Source: Bacteroidia bacterium (lineage in GTDB: Bacteria > Bacteroidota > Bacteroidia > 2-12-FULL-35-15). Taken from it: a DNA stretch of 64,000 nt. The notes under the pieces are model-generated. The model saw only the letters and a program-made list of their open reading frames with translations, ran no database searches and had not been told where the DNA came from. This document shows, one piece after another, positions 50,777-60,311 of this stretch. The stretch lies in NCBI GenBank assembly GCA_039937835.1, contig JBDTFR010000105.1, positions 28,036 to 92,035 on the forward strand. The letters are read 5' to 3'. The position numbers and the translations under genes were made by a program. Position 1 is the first letter of the stretch. Each line of letters begins with the position of its first letter.

Positions 50777-51063
50777 TAAGAGATAATTTTGAATTCGGGT
50801 GCAATTTTACCAATTATTATGTTAATGAGAAAGCTAAAACGTAAAATTTAGACTATTTCTAAATTAATGAAGATAAGTTTCGTACAAAGCCTACTCAAAA
50901 ATTCAAGGTGTCAATGATATCTTGTTGTTGACAATAGGTAAAGATTACTCAAATGAGCGATTAAACGATTTTTTTATATATTTTAATATGAGAACGGGTA
51001 TGATACTTAACATTTTATCTTCACATAAAATTTATTACCTTGCGTTGTTATAATTGAAACAAA

Positions 51064-51426
51064 ATGAAAAGACCAACCTATACCTTTTTCTTGAAAGTGG
51101 TTTTACTTCTTTTCATTTTTAATATTGGAAAAGTAAGTGCTCAAGGAACTGAAATGGCGGAGATTAAAATTAAAACTTCTGCTATTTGTAATGAATGTAA
51201 AAATACCATAGAAAGTGCCTTGGCATTTACAAAAGGTGTAAAAAAATCATTCTTAGACGTTCCTACTAGCATTGTAACGGTAAGTTATAATCCTTTAAAA
51301 ACCACGCCCGAAAAAATCAGGATAGCTATATCCAATGCTGGATATGATGCAGATGACGTACCCGCAAATCCGAAAGCATATAAAAAATTAAGTAATTGTT
51401 GCAAAAAGGAATCGGGCGCACATTAG
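51064..51426 (+). CDS. Secreted heavy-metal-associated (HMA)-like CxxC protein, putative copper chaperone
   Basis: A signal peptide precedes IKTSAICNECKNTIESALAFTKGV...VTVSY, which follows the HMA beta-alpha-beta-beta-alpha-beta pattern with its metal-binding CxxC. The gene is divergent from the ctaB-cox-sco cluster. Confidence 0.5.
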   Translation: MKRPTYTFFLKVVLLLFIFNIGKVSAQGTEMAEIKIKTSAICNECKNTIESALAFTKGVKKSFLDVPTSIVTVSYNPLKTTPEKIRIAISNAGYDADDVPANPKAYKKLSNCCKKESGAH

Positions 51427-51474
51427 TTTTATTTATCAGTCTAAGAAAAATACTCTTTTTCAATCTTGTAATTT

Positions 51475-51996
51475 ATGGCACTTATTAAATCTGTTAAAGG
51501 CATCCACCCATCATTTGGTAATAATTGTTATTTAGCTGAGAATTCAACTATTGTAGGCGATGTTATAATGGGTAACGAATGCAGCGTGTGGTTTAATGCT
51601 GTTATTCGTGGCGATGTAAATTCCATTAGAATAGGAGATAAGGTGAATGTGCAAGACGGGGCTATTCTTCATTGTACGTATCAAAAAACAAAAGTAGTTA
51701 TTGGCAATAATGTATCTATAGGGCATAATGCAATTATACATGGTTGTACAATACACGACAATGTATTAGTTGGTATGGGTGCTATTATAATGGATAATTG
51801 TGAAATTGGTAGCAATACAATTATTGCAGCAGGTGCGGTGGTGCTTGAAAACACAAAAGTAGAGGCAGGGGTAATTTATGCGGGAGTTCCTGCAAAAAAA
51901 GTGAAAGAAATAAATCCGCAGCTAATTAATGGTGAAATTAATCGAGTCGCCAATAACTATCTGATGTACAGTAGTTGGTTTAAAGAAGAAGAATAA
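51475..51996 (+). CDS. Gamma carbonic anhydrase-family (left-handed beta-helix, YrdA/PaaY-like) protein
   Basis: Hexapeptide repeats run throughout the protein. His ligands sit in a HGCTIHDNVLVGMGAIIMD-type context. It is 173 aa. Confidence 0.8.
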   Translation: MALIKSVKGIHPSFGNNCYLAENSTIVGDVIMGNECSVWFNAVIRGDVNSIRIGDKVNVQDGAILHCTYQKTKVVIGNNVSIGHNAIIHGCTIHDNVLVGMGAIIMDNCEIGSNTIIAAGAVVLENTKVEAGVIYAGVPAKKVKEINPQLINGEINRVANNYLMYSSWFKEEE

Positions 51997-52002
51997 TATA
52001 AA

Positions 52003-52869
52003 TTATTTGCTATCAGAAAGGCTAAGGTGTTTTGAAAGAACTTGTTTCCCATAGAATGTGGTGGCTGCTTTATCAAAATTTTCTGTAGAATCAGTCGTAT
52101 AAAAAAGCACACGACCATTTTTACTACATTTTTTTTCGAGTTCAGGATGTCGGTTTAAATAATCGACTAAACTAGTAGCAACAATAGTTCCTTGAGATAA
52201 TACGGTAATTGTAGAAGGTAAGTATTTTTTTATTTTATCCATCAGTAATGGATAATGAGTACAACCGAGTATAATGGTATCTATTTGAGAATCTTTTTTT
52301 AATAAATGATGAAGGTGCTTTTCGATAAAATAATCTGCTCCTATGGTTTCTATTTCATTGTTTTCAATTAATGAAACCCACATTGGGCAAGCTTCCTGAG
52401 AAATATGTATATGCGGGTAAAACTTATTAATTTCTATCGGATAGGAATTAGAAGCCACTGTTCCATTCGTACCCATCACCCCGATATGAGCTGTTTTACT
52501 GTATTTGCCCACTATTTCAGCAGTAGGGCGAATAACACCAAGTACTCGTTTTGTTGTTGAAATTTTTGGTAAGTCTAATTGTTGTATGTTACGCAATGCT
52601 TTTGCAGATGCTGTATTACATGCAAGTAAAATTAATTCACAACCCATATTAAATAATCGTTGAACACATTCTAACGTATATTGATATACGGTTTCAAAAG
52701 ATCTCGTACCATAAGGTGCGCGAGCATTGTCACCCAAATAGATGTATTCGTAATCTGGTAGCTGTTTTACAATTTCTTTTAAAACGGTGAGTCCTCCATA
52801 TCCAGAATCGAATACGCCAATAGGGCAATTACGTTTTGATGTCATTTTTTTTAAGTTTAAGAATACCAA
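52003..52869 (-). CDS. murI: Glutamate racemase
   Basis: Contains IGVFDSGYGGLTVLKEI and LACNTASA (catalytic Cys) plus GCTHYPLL (second Cys). Confidence 0.9.
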   Translation of the reverse strand: MVFLNLKKMTSKRNCPIGVFDSGYGGLTVLKEIVKQLPDYEYIYLGDNARAPYGTRSFETVYQYTLECVQRLFNMGCELILLACNTASAKALRNIQQLDLPKISTTKRVLGVIRPTAEIVGKYSKTAHIGVMGTNGTVASNSYPIEINKFYPHIHISQEACPMWVSLIENNEIETIGADYFIEKHLHHLLKKDSQIDTIILGCTHYPLLMDKIKKYLPSTITVLSQGTIVATSLVDYLNRHPELEKKCSKNGRVLFYTTDSTENFDKAATTFYGKQVLSKHLSLSDSK

Positions 52870-52877
52870 ATTAGTAA

Positions 52878-52949
52878 AACGAAACTATTTTAAACAATAA
52901 AACCCGTTACAGTTAGGTAACGGGTTTTATTGTTTAAAATAGTTTCGTT
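52878..52949 (-). terminator. Perfect 33-bp inverted repeat (72-nt hairpin with a 6-nt loop) between skp/ompH and murI; terminator- or attenuator-like RNA structure
   Basis: The left arm AACGAAACTATTTTAAACAATAAAACCCGTTAC (52878-52910) is the exact reverse complement of the right arm (52917-52949). The loop is AGTTAG. The hairpin starts at the ompH stop codon and is followed on the minus-strand transcript by UUUUAC, about 40 nt before the murI start. Confidence 0.5.
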
Positions 52950-53529
52950 ATTTTTTAGGTTTTGTAGTAGGCACTAATACCGGTGGTTGTTTGTTAAATG
53001 TAGATGAAGTTACTTTTGATACATCAATACCTAATTTTTTAACTACAAGACTAATTATGTCATCTCCAGGTTCATTGTAAAGAACTAATCCAGTGCTCGT
53101 ATCTAAAATATATTTATAGCTATTTTCTTTTGCTACTTGATCAATTGCTTTTTTTGCTTTTTCATAAACAGGTTTTGAAAGTTCAGCACTTTTCTTTTGG
53201 TAGTCTGTTTGTGCTTGTTGTTGAAAATCAGTAATGCGTTGATTCAAGTCATTTAACTCTTTTTCTTTCGATTCTTTTACAATAGGAGCCATGTCAGCAG
53301 AGCCTTTTTGATAGGTTTCGTATTTGGTTTGTAGTTCTGTTTGCATTGCAACCACTTGTTGCTCTAATTGTTTTGAATATTCTTGAACTGATTGTTGCGC
53401 AACTTTAGATTCAGGCATTAATCCGATCAACGAATCTAAGTGTATATGCCCAATTTTTTGTGCGTTTGCAGCAAATGAGCTTATGATTACTCCAACTCCA
53501 ACAATAAACAGTCTTAAAGAATTCTTCAT
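52948..53529 (-). CDS. OmpH/Skp-family periplasmic chaperone
   Basis: A signal peptide precedes a Q/E/K-rich coiled-coil body of 193 aa. It is the second of two tandem skp-like genes downstream of bamA. Confidence 0.75.
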   Translation of the reverse strand: MKNSLRLFIVGVGVIISSFAANAQKIGHIHLDSLIGLMPESKVAQQSVQEYSKQLEQQVVAMQTELQTKYETYQKGSADMAPIVKESKEKELNDLNQRITDFQQQAQTDYQKKSAELSKPVYEKAKKAIDQVAKENSYKYILDTSTGLVLYNEPGDDIISLVVKKLGIDVSKVTSSTFNKQPPVLVPTTKPKK

Positions 53530-53577
53530 GTGTTTTGATTTTTTAAGTTTATGATTTGATTTAACGTTTGATATTTA

Positions 53578-54135
53578 TTATTTTTTTGTGCCAGTTGAAC
53601 TTTTTGTTGCGCTACTGCCTTTGCTTTTATATCCCAATTCTACTAATATGTCATCGCTTTTATCTAATTTAGGGCTAGCATATAACATAGTAAGTTCGCT
53701 TGATTTATCAAAAATTATTGAGTAAGCTCCCTTTTCTGCCAGCGTTTTCACTGCACCGTATACTTTATCTTGTATTGGTTTTACCAATTCTTGACGTTTT
53801 TTAAACAATTCTCCATCTACTCCAAAACGTACTTTTTGTAAATCTTTTGCATCTTTTTCTTTCGATACAATATCATTTTCACGTTTTTTCTTCATGTCTT
53901 CCGTCAACAATATTTGCTCTGCCTGATAGGCTTTGTACATTTTATCAATTTCAGCGTATTTTGCTTCAATTTCTTTTTGCCATTGTACCGATACTTTATC
54001 TAATTCTGCTTGTGCAGATTTGTATTCTGGTATTTGACCTAAAATATATTCTGTATCTACGTATGCAAATTTTTGTGCAAATGTAACAACAGTTGTTGTA
54101 AGCACAAAGGCTAATGTTAAAATTATTTTTTTCAT
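53578..54135 (-). CDS. OmpH/Skp-family periplasmic chaperone
   Basis: The signal peptide is MKKIILTLAFVLTTTVVTFAQ. The 185-aa protein is coiled-coil rich. Confidence 0.75.
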   Translation of the reverse strand: MKKIILTLAFVLTTTVVTFAQKFAYVDTEYILGQIPEYKSAQAELDKVSVQWQKEIEAKYAEIDKMYKAYQAEQILLTEDMKKKRENDIVSKEKDAKDLQKVRFGVDGELFKKRQELVKPIQDKVYGAVKTLAEKGAYSIIFDKSSELTMLYASPKLDKSDDILVELGYKSKGSSATKSSTGTKK

Positions 54136-54183
54136 AGTATTTTACTTTTTTTATTTCGCTAAAGCGATGATTAAACGTTTATT

Positions 54184-56760
54184 TTATAATTCACCAATTG
54201 ATGCACCAATGGTGAAGTGAAACTGAGACTTTTGCATACCTGGGTTATTGGGTAAATCATCCAAACGCCAACCATAATCAAACCCTAATAAACCAAACAT
54301 TGGTAAAAACACCCTTACCCCTAAACCTGTAGATCGTTTCACATTAAATGGATTAAATTCTTTGGCTTTATTCCAAGAATTACCTGCATCCACAAACCCC
54401 AGCACAAAGATGGTAGCTTGAGGGTTTAATGTTATTGGGAAACGTAATTCTGCTGAATATTTTACAATATAGGCAGCTCCTCCCGCTGGAGATAATGACT
54501 TACCAGTACCTGATTGATCGTCATCATAACCTCTTAAAGCAATTATTTCTCTACCATCCATTGAATAACCAGTTAAGCCACTCCCTCCTAAATAAAAACG
54601 TTCGAAAGGTGTTGATCCTACTTTTTGGTTATAAGAACTTAAAAAGCCAAATCCTGCTGAGGTTTTTAATATCAAATTGCGTGCCTCTTTACCTTCGCTA
54701 CCGCGCTTATTGGTAATGGGCGTAAAGAAAGTGGTGGTAAATTTATATTTTTGATATTCAATAAATTTATATCGCTCTTGTTGTGTCATATCCGGACTTC
54801 TATAATCTTTGTTATTAAAAGCAGAATAAGGAGGAGTCCATTGACCAGTAAGCGCTATTTTTGAACCACGGGTTTCAAAAATAGGTTTATCTACTGAATT
54901 ACGTTGTATACTGGCTTTGTAATAAATGTTATTGGCATAGCCCTTATTAAAAGAAAATGTTTGTTGCCAATTATTAACCACATAGTATTGATAGTTAAAT
55001 TCATGATAAATGGTGAAATAATCGTCAGGCCATTTTAATCGTTTTCCTAATCCAACTGAAAAACCTAGTACGTCTAATGTACTTACATATGGATTGTCTA
55101 CTTTTTTGCCGTCTACTCTTATTTTTCTGCTGAGACCGGTTAAATTTTGTCTGGAATAATAAGCGGTAACGCTTAATGAATTTGGTTTTTTACCACCTAA
55201 CCACGGTTCAGTAAAGGACATGTTATATGATTGGAATGCAGCACCATTAGATTGTGCACGAATGCTGAGTCTTTGACCATCTCCAGATGGTAAAGGCCTC
55301 CATGAACTTTTTTTAAAAAAATTGCGAGCAGCAAAATTGTTAAAAGAAATACCTAATGTTCCTACAATTCGTCCACCACCATATCCTCCAGATAATTCAA
55401 TTTGATCAGAAGGTTTTTCTTCCACAACATATTCAATATCTACCGTACCTGTTGCTTGATCTGGTTTAGGAGTTACATTCATTTTTTCAGGATCGAAATA
55501 ACCCAACTGAGATAATTCTCGTTGGGTACGAATTATTTCTGAACGACGAAATAAATCACCTGGTTTCGTTCTTATTTCGCGTAAAATTACACGATCATTT
55601 GTCTTTGTATTTCCAACAACAGTTACTTTATTTACGGTAGCTTGTTTACCTTCATATATCCTCATTTCTAAATCGATGGAATCATTCACCACCGTCTTTT
55701 CAACAGGGCTTACATTAAAAAATAAATAACCGTCATCCATGTATAATGAACTTATATCATTTCCATTAGGGTTCATAAATAATTTTGCATCGAGTTGAGT
55801 TTGATCATACACATCCCCTTTTTTAACTCCCAAAACTTGATTTAATACGTATGCAGAATATTTACTATTACCCAACCAGTTAATATTGCGGAAATAATAT
55901 TTATGTCCTTCATCTATTGTAATATCAATACTCATTCGTTTATCATTTACTCGATAAACAGAGTCTTTTACAATTTTTGCATCTCTAAATCCTTTTTGAT
56001 TATATTTTGCTATGAGTGCTTTTTTATCTTTTATATAATTATCTTCATCAAATTTGCCATTATTAAAAGGATTCCACCACAATCTTCGTTTAGTTTCTTT
56101 GAATGTACGACGCAGTTTCCATGTTTCAATAGAATTGTTGCCATACAGATTAATGTCTTTGATTCTTATTTTTTGTCCTTTTTTAACCGTGATAATAAGG
56201 TTTATTGCATTATCACCCATTTTTGGATCCTTTTCTTGTTTAATATTCACCTCAACATCTTGATATCCTTTTTTAACAAAAAAGTTCTTTACAATTAATT
56301 TCGTAGAAGCCAACAAGCCGTCTGTTACTACTTTACCTTTAATCAATTTAACTTTGTCACGGATATCATCTGCCTGACTTTTATTCATTCCTACCAATGA
56401 ATATTGCGATAATCGAGAGCGTTCCTGTACGATGATGTTTAGAAAAATTTTAGATCCCTCAATTTTGGAATAAGTAATTTTTACATCTTGAAATAATCCT
56501 TGTTTCCATAAATTTTCTATTGCAGTTGAAAATTTATCTCCAGGAACCTGCACCTCTTCACCCACAGATAAACCCGATAAAAGTATTAGTACGTTCTGAT
56601 CGAAATGATCGGCACCAGTGACTATGATGCCGCCTATTTCATATTTTTTAGGTGCTGCGAAATCAATTGTTGTAGGAATTGAATCTGTATGCGTTAATTG
56701 TGCCTTTAGAGAGAGTACAAGTAATGAAAAACAGTATATAAGTATTATTTTTTTTTGCAT
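54184..56760 (-). CDS. bamA: Outer membrane protein assembly factor BamA
   Basis: The 858-aa protein has N-terminal POTRA repeats and a C-terminal Omp85 beta-barrel ending ...FHFTIGASIGEL with an aromatic near the terminus. It sits in the conserved uppS-bamA-skp-skp neighbourhood. Confidence 0.9.
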   Translation of the reverse strand: MQKKIILIYCFSLLVLSLKAQLTHTDSIPTTIDFAAPKKYEIGGIIVTGADHFDQNVLILLSGLSVGEEVQVPGDKFSTAIENLWKQGLFQDVKITYSKIEGSKIFLNIIVQERSRLSQYSLVGMNKSQADDIRDKVKLIKGKVVTDGLLASTKLIVKNFFVKKGYQDVEVNIKQEKDPKMGDNAINLIITVKKGQKIRIKDINLYGNNSIETWKLRRTFKETKRRLWWNPFNNGKFDEDNYIKDKKALIAKYNQKGFRDAKIVKDSVYRVNDKRMSIDITIDEGHKYYFRNINWLGNSKYSAYVLNQVLGVKKGDVYDQTQLDAKLFMNPNGNDISSLYMDDGYLFFNVSPVEKTVVNDSIDLEMRIYEGKQATVNKVTVVGNTKTNDRVILREIRTKPGDLFRRSEIIRTQRELSQLGYFDPEKMNVTPKPDQATGTVDIEYVVEEKPSDQIELSGGYGGGRIVGTLGISFNNFAARNFFKKSSWRPLPSGDGQRLSIRAQSNGAAFQSYNMSFTEPWLGGKKPNSLSVTAYYSRQNLTGLSRKIRVDGKKVDNPYVSTLDVLGFSVGLGKRLKWPDDYFTIYHEFNYQYYVVNNWQQTFSFNKGYANNIYYKASIQRNSVDKPIFETRGSKIALTGQWTPPYSAFNNKDYRSPDMTQQERYKFIEYQKYKFTTTFFTPITNKRGSEGKEARNLILKTSAGFGFLSSYNQKVGSTPFERFYLGGSGLTGYSMDGREIIALRGYDDDQSGTGKSLSPAGGAAYIVKYSAELRFPITLNPQATIFVLGFVDAGNSWNKAKEFNPFNVKRSTGLGVRVFLPMFGLLGFDYGWRLDDLPNNPGMQKSQFHFTIGASIGEL

Positions 56761-56767
56761 AATAAGG

Positions 56768-57523
56768 TTATGAAATTAATTGCTCACTGGTTTTTCCAAA
56801 CCTTCTTTCGCGATTTTGATAGTCTACAATTGCGTTGTAAAAATTTTCTTTTTTAAAATCAGGCCAAAGTACATCAGTAAAATATAATTCGGCATAGGCT
56901 AATTGCCAAAGCAGGAAATTACTAATACGACGTTCGCCACTGGTACGAATCATCAATTCTGGCTCAGGCATATTTGCTGTACATAAATGTGCAGATAATA
57001 TATCTTCATTGATTTCCGATGGGTTAAGAGAGCCTGTTTTTATTTTTTCAGCAATTTGTTGAACCGCATTTACAATTTCCCAACGAGAACTATAACTTAA
57101 TGCAAGCACTAAAGTAGTTCCTGAATTAGTACTTGTATCTTTAATGGTTTCTTGCAGTTGGTTATAACATTCAATTGGTAAACTTTTTAAATTACCAATG
57201 GCTTGAAGACGCATATTATTCTCATTAAGTGTTTTTGTTTCAGCACTGATAGTTTGCACTAATAATTGCATCAGAGCTATTACTTCTTCTTGAGGACGGT
57301 TCCAGTTTTCGGTAGAGAAAGCGTAAAGTGTTAAGTAATTAATTTTTAGTTCGGCCGCCGCTTCAACAGTTTCTCGTACGGCGGTTACTCCATTCTCGTG
57401 CCCAACTATTCGTTCGGCTCCTTGCTGTTTTGCCCATCTGCCATTACCATCCATTATTATAGCAATGTGTTGCGGCAATTTATTAAGATTTATTTTTTCT
57501 TTAAAACTCATTCTGTTATGCAA
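56768..57523 (-). CDS. uppS: Isoprenyl transferase (undecaprenyl diphosphate synthase)
   Basis: Contains [17 protein letters not shown] and [14 protein letters not shown], the UPP synthase signature. Confidence 0.9.
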   Translation of the reverse strand: MHNRMSFKEKINLNKLPQHIAIIMDGNGRWAKQQGAERIVGHENGVTAVRETVEAAAELKINYLTLYAFSTENWNRPQEEVIALMQLLVQTISAETKTLNENNMRLQAIGNLKSLPIECYNQLQETIKDTSTNSGTTLVLALSYSSRWEIVNAVQQIAEKIKTGSLNPSEINEDILSAHLCTANMPEPELMIRTSGERRISNFLLWQLAYAELYFTDVLWPDFKKENFYNAIVDYQNRERRFGKTSEQLIS

Positions 57524-57567
57524 AAACTATTGTTTCCTTATTAAGCTAATTGAAATGTTATTAAATA

Positions 57568-58416
57568 TCAATTACCAACCCCAGGACATCTTTCTCTTTT
57601 TCCGTTTAGTTTAACTGTTAATACAACTCCCGCAAAAGAATACCAATCATTATTTGTAGGGTTACCTCGTAGGCGGCCTACATTACTCTTACTGGGATCT
57701 TTGCCTAAACTCCGATCAGATAATATTGCCGATAGGGCACCTCTATTAGCAACAAGTTTTGCGGGATCGTAATAGCGGGAACTTACATCATCTAAATAAT
57801 CTGTAAATGTCTTACGCATGCCCCATTCGAGAGACGCACCTAAGCGTTTTGCCAAATTAATTTTTATACCTACTCCAAAAGGGATAGAAATTTGTGTTAA
57901 TTTATATAATTTTTTACTTGCTCCATCAGCTAAGCCCTGACCTTCTGTACCAAGCGGTTGAAGTGCTATCCATTTATCATCTAATTTTGCTTTAGGGTTA
58001 AATTTAAAACCAGCTAATCCTAAAAAAATATAAGGAGAAAAGGGGGTTTCTCCATCGCCTATTTCGTATTGAAGGAAATTAAATTCAATTTGAGCAGATA
58101 ATTCACCAATCGTTGATTTAAAGCTTAAATTGCGCTGTTGTTGAGCCGTTACATTAGAAAATTCATCATAAGCAGCAATGGTGCCTACTAAAAAATTTCC
58201 ACGAAATGCCAAACGGGGATTAAAATTATATCTGTAAACTATACCACCAGCAGGTTTTGTGAATTGATTAAAATGACCCATCGGACAAAGATCTCCTGTG
58301 TAATAAGATGCGCCTATAAATAGTCCTAATTCAGAGCTTGTTGGAGTACGCTGAGCCACCACCCGAAGTACAGATAAAAATAAAATAAAAAATAATATAT
58401 GAAATTGTTTTTTCAC
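57568..58416 (-). CDS. Putative outer-membrane beta-barrel protein (DUF6089-type)
   Basis: A signal peptide precedes alternating-hydrophobic beta-strand patterns and a C-terminal aromatic-rich strand. It occupies the position between nadK and uppS seen in Bacteroidota. Confidence 0.45.
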   Translation of the reverse strand: MKKQFHILFFILFLSVLRVVAQRTPTSSELGLFIGASYYTGDLCPMGHFNQFTKPAGGIVYRYNFNPRLAFRGNFLVGTIAAYDEFSNVTAQQQRNLSFKSTIGELSAQIEFNFLQYEIGDGETPFSPYIFLGLAGFKFNPKAKLDDKWIALQPLGTEGQGLADGASKKLYKLTQISIPFGVGIKINLAKRLGASLEWGMRKTFTDYLDDVSSRYYDPAKLVANRGALSAILSDRSLGKDPSKSNVGRLRGNPTNNDWYSFAGVVLTVKLNGKRERCPGVGN

Positions 58417-58524
58417 GTTTTTAAAATCCTACCCAATAACAAATTAAAAGCGTTTTTATTGTAAATTTTTGATAGGGAGGGCAAATATACTTGATTTTTG
58501 TTTATTTTTTGATGTTAATTTAAG

Positions 58525-59409
58525 TTAATTGCGCTTATCCAATCCCCACAATAGTTTGTTGCGAATTGTATTAAAAAAACTTTGATTTTCTAATTGAATA
58601 AGGTTGACGCAAAAATTAGCTTTTTTAATGGTTAACTCTATAGAAGAGTCAATGATTTCACTGCGAGAATCTAGCGAAACAAGATAATGGCTGCTGCGCC
58701 CAGTAACTTTTAGGGTAATAATATTATTATCTGAAATTACCAAAGGTCTTACATTTAAATTGTGAGGGGCAATGGGCGTAATCACAAAGTTTTCTGACCC
58801 AGGCATTATTAAAGGGCCTCCGCAGCTTAGCGAATACGCGGTTGATCCTGTGGGCGTGGCTATTATCAATCCATCTGCAAAATAGGAGTTTAAGTATTCG
58901 TTATTTACATAGGCGTGTATGGTAATCATGGAGGATGAGTCTTTTTTCATGACGGTAAGTTCATTCATTCCATAATTTAAGTCACCAAATAATTTTGTAG
59001 GGTCTTCTAAACTTAATAAGGCTCTTTTTTCAATAATGAACTTTTTTTGCGCAATGGAGTCTATCGCGTTAGCAATTTCAGTTTTTGCAACATTTGCTAA
59101 AAAGCCTAGTCTTCCTGTATTTATACCTAACATTGGAATGCCCGAATTTCTAACATACATTAACAGTTCTAAAAACGTACCATCGCCACCTAAACTTAAT
59201 ATATAATCAATATCTTTAGTTAATTCAGTCGGCGTATTAAAAAAACTAATAGGCGTTGTTAACTTTAATTTTTGATGAATGTATTTATAAAAAGGTTGGT
59301 AAATAATTACGTCTGCATTATATTCTTTGAGTTTATTAAATAATGTTTGAATGTGTTCAGAAACATTATCTTCTGTTGGTCGCCCGTAAATAGCAATTTT
59401 CATGGACAT
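58525..59409 (-). CDS. nadK: NAD+ kinase
   Basis: Contains LSLGGDGTFLE (the GGDG motif) and NTGRLGFL, with a DxxxxxxTPTGSTAYSLSAGGP-type C-terminus. Confidence 0.9.
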   Translation of the reverse strand: MSMKIAIYGRPTEDNVSEHIQTLFNKLKEYNADVIIYQPFYKYIHQKLKLTTPISFFNTPTELTKDIDYILSLGGDGTFLELLMYVRNSGIPMLGINTGRLGFLANVAKTEIANAIDSIAQKKFIIEKRALLSLEDPTKLFGDLNYGMNELTVMKKDSSSMITIHAYVNNEYLNSYFADGLIIATPTGSTAYSLSCGGPLIMPGSENFVITPIAPHNLNVRPLVISDNNIITLKVTGRSSHYLVSLDSRSEIIDSSIELTIKKANFCVNLIQLENQSFFNTIRNKLLWGLDKRN

Positions 59410-59442
59410 TTAAAAATTATAGTGTAAAAATAAAATACAATA

Positions 59443-60105
59443 TTAAATATTCAGGTAATTCATAAATGAATCGTAACGATGTTTCATATCATCTAAAAAT
59501 TCACTTTGATGGTAGGAGGCTTTTACATTATAATTATAGCGATAAAATGTTTGTAAAATGGATGAAAGATCTGTTTTATTTGTTTTTAATGTAACCTCTA
59601 ATTTTGTAGAATCTATTTGTGAACTAACATAACAACTTAATATTTTAGCGTCATTCCCTTCAACAATTTGTGCTATTTGAGTTAATGAATAATCATGCAC
59701 CCCTAACTCTAACACAATGATTCCACCCGGCTCGCTGGTGGCGGTGAGTGATGCAAAATGCTCTATTAAAACTCTGGCGGGTATTAAGCCTAAATAATGT
59801 TTCGCTTCATTTAATACTGGTAATACGGTAAGCTTTAGACTGGAAATAAGTTTAATAACTTCGTAAATATGTTGACCTTCAAAAACAAATGGTCTAATCA
59901 GCGATAATTTACATTTACCTATTTTATCATCTGTAATATTAAAATCTAAAATCTCCGTGTCTGAAATTAGTCCTAAATATTCATTTTTGTCAACGATAGG
60001 TAGATGAGATACTTTAAACTCATCCATCCAATTAATAACCATTAAGCCTGTATCACAAACTTTAAGTGGAGGTATTTCGTCTGTTATTAAATCTTTTGCC
60101 AGCAT
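59443..60105 (-). CDS. CBS domain-containing protein
   Basis: Two CBS repeats (...VSHLPIVDKNEYLGLISDTEILD... and ...LTVLPVLNEAKHYLGLIPARVLIE...) are followed by a C-terminal extension. It is 220 aa. Confidence 0.7.
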   Translation of the reverse strand: MLAKDLITDEIPPLKVCDTGLMVINWMDEFKVSHLPIVDKNEYLGLISDTEILDFNITDDKIGKCKLSLIRPFVFEGQHIYEVIKLISSLKLTVLPVLNEAKHYLGLIPARVLIEHFASLTATSEPGGIIVLELGVHDYSLTQIAQIVEGNDAKILSCYVSSQIDSTKLEVTLKTNKTDLSSILQTFYRYNYNVKASYHQSEFLDDMKHRYDSFMNYLNI

Positions 60106-60311
60106 TTGATTATGTTTATGTGAAAGTAATTGAATAAAAGTAAAAACAATTACTTAATGGTTCATTAAATATTTAGCTTTTACTATTATTTTAACGTCAA
60201 TTTGCAATTGATATAGTTGTATTTTGATCATATCGTTAAATTTTAAATCTGCAACTATTTATAAATAGCTATTTTAAAGTGGGAACTTTTTTAACAGACT
60301 TTTCTTATTAA

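Noticed and set aside
50900-50960. TGTCAA-N15-TTGACA inverted repeat as a specific FNR/CRP site
   Set aside because: The half-sites equal the generic -35 hexamer and the spacing does not fit FNR or CRP consensus. It is kept only as a low-weight remark inside a finding.
55903-56298. 131-aa + ORF inside bamA
   Set aside because: It is antisense to the BamA coding region. It is low-complexity, hydrophobic and Ile/Phe-rich as expected from an AT-rich antisense reading.
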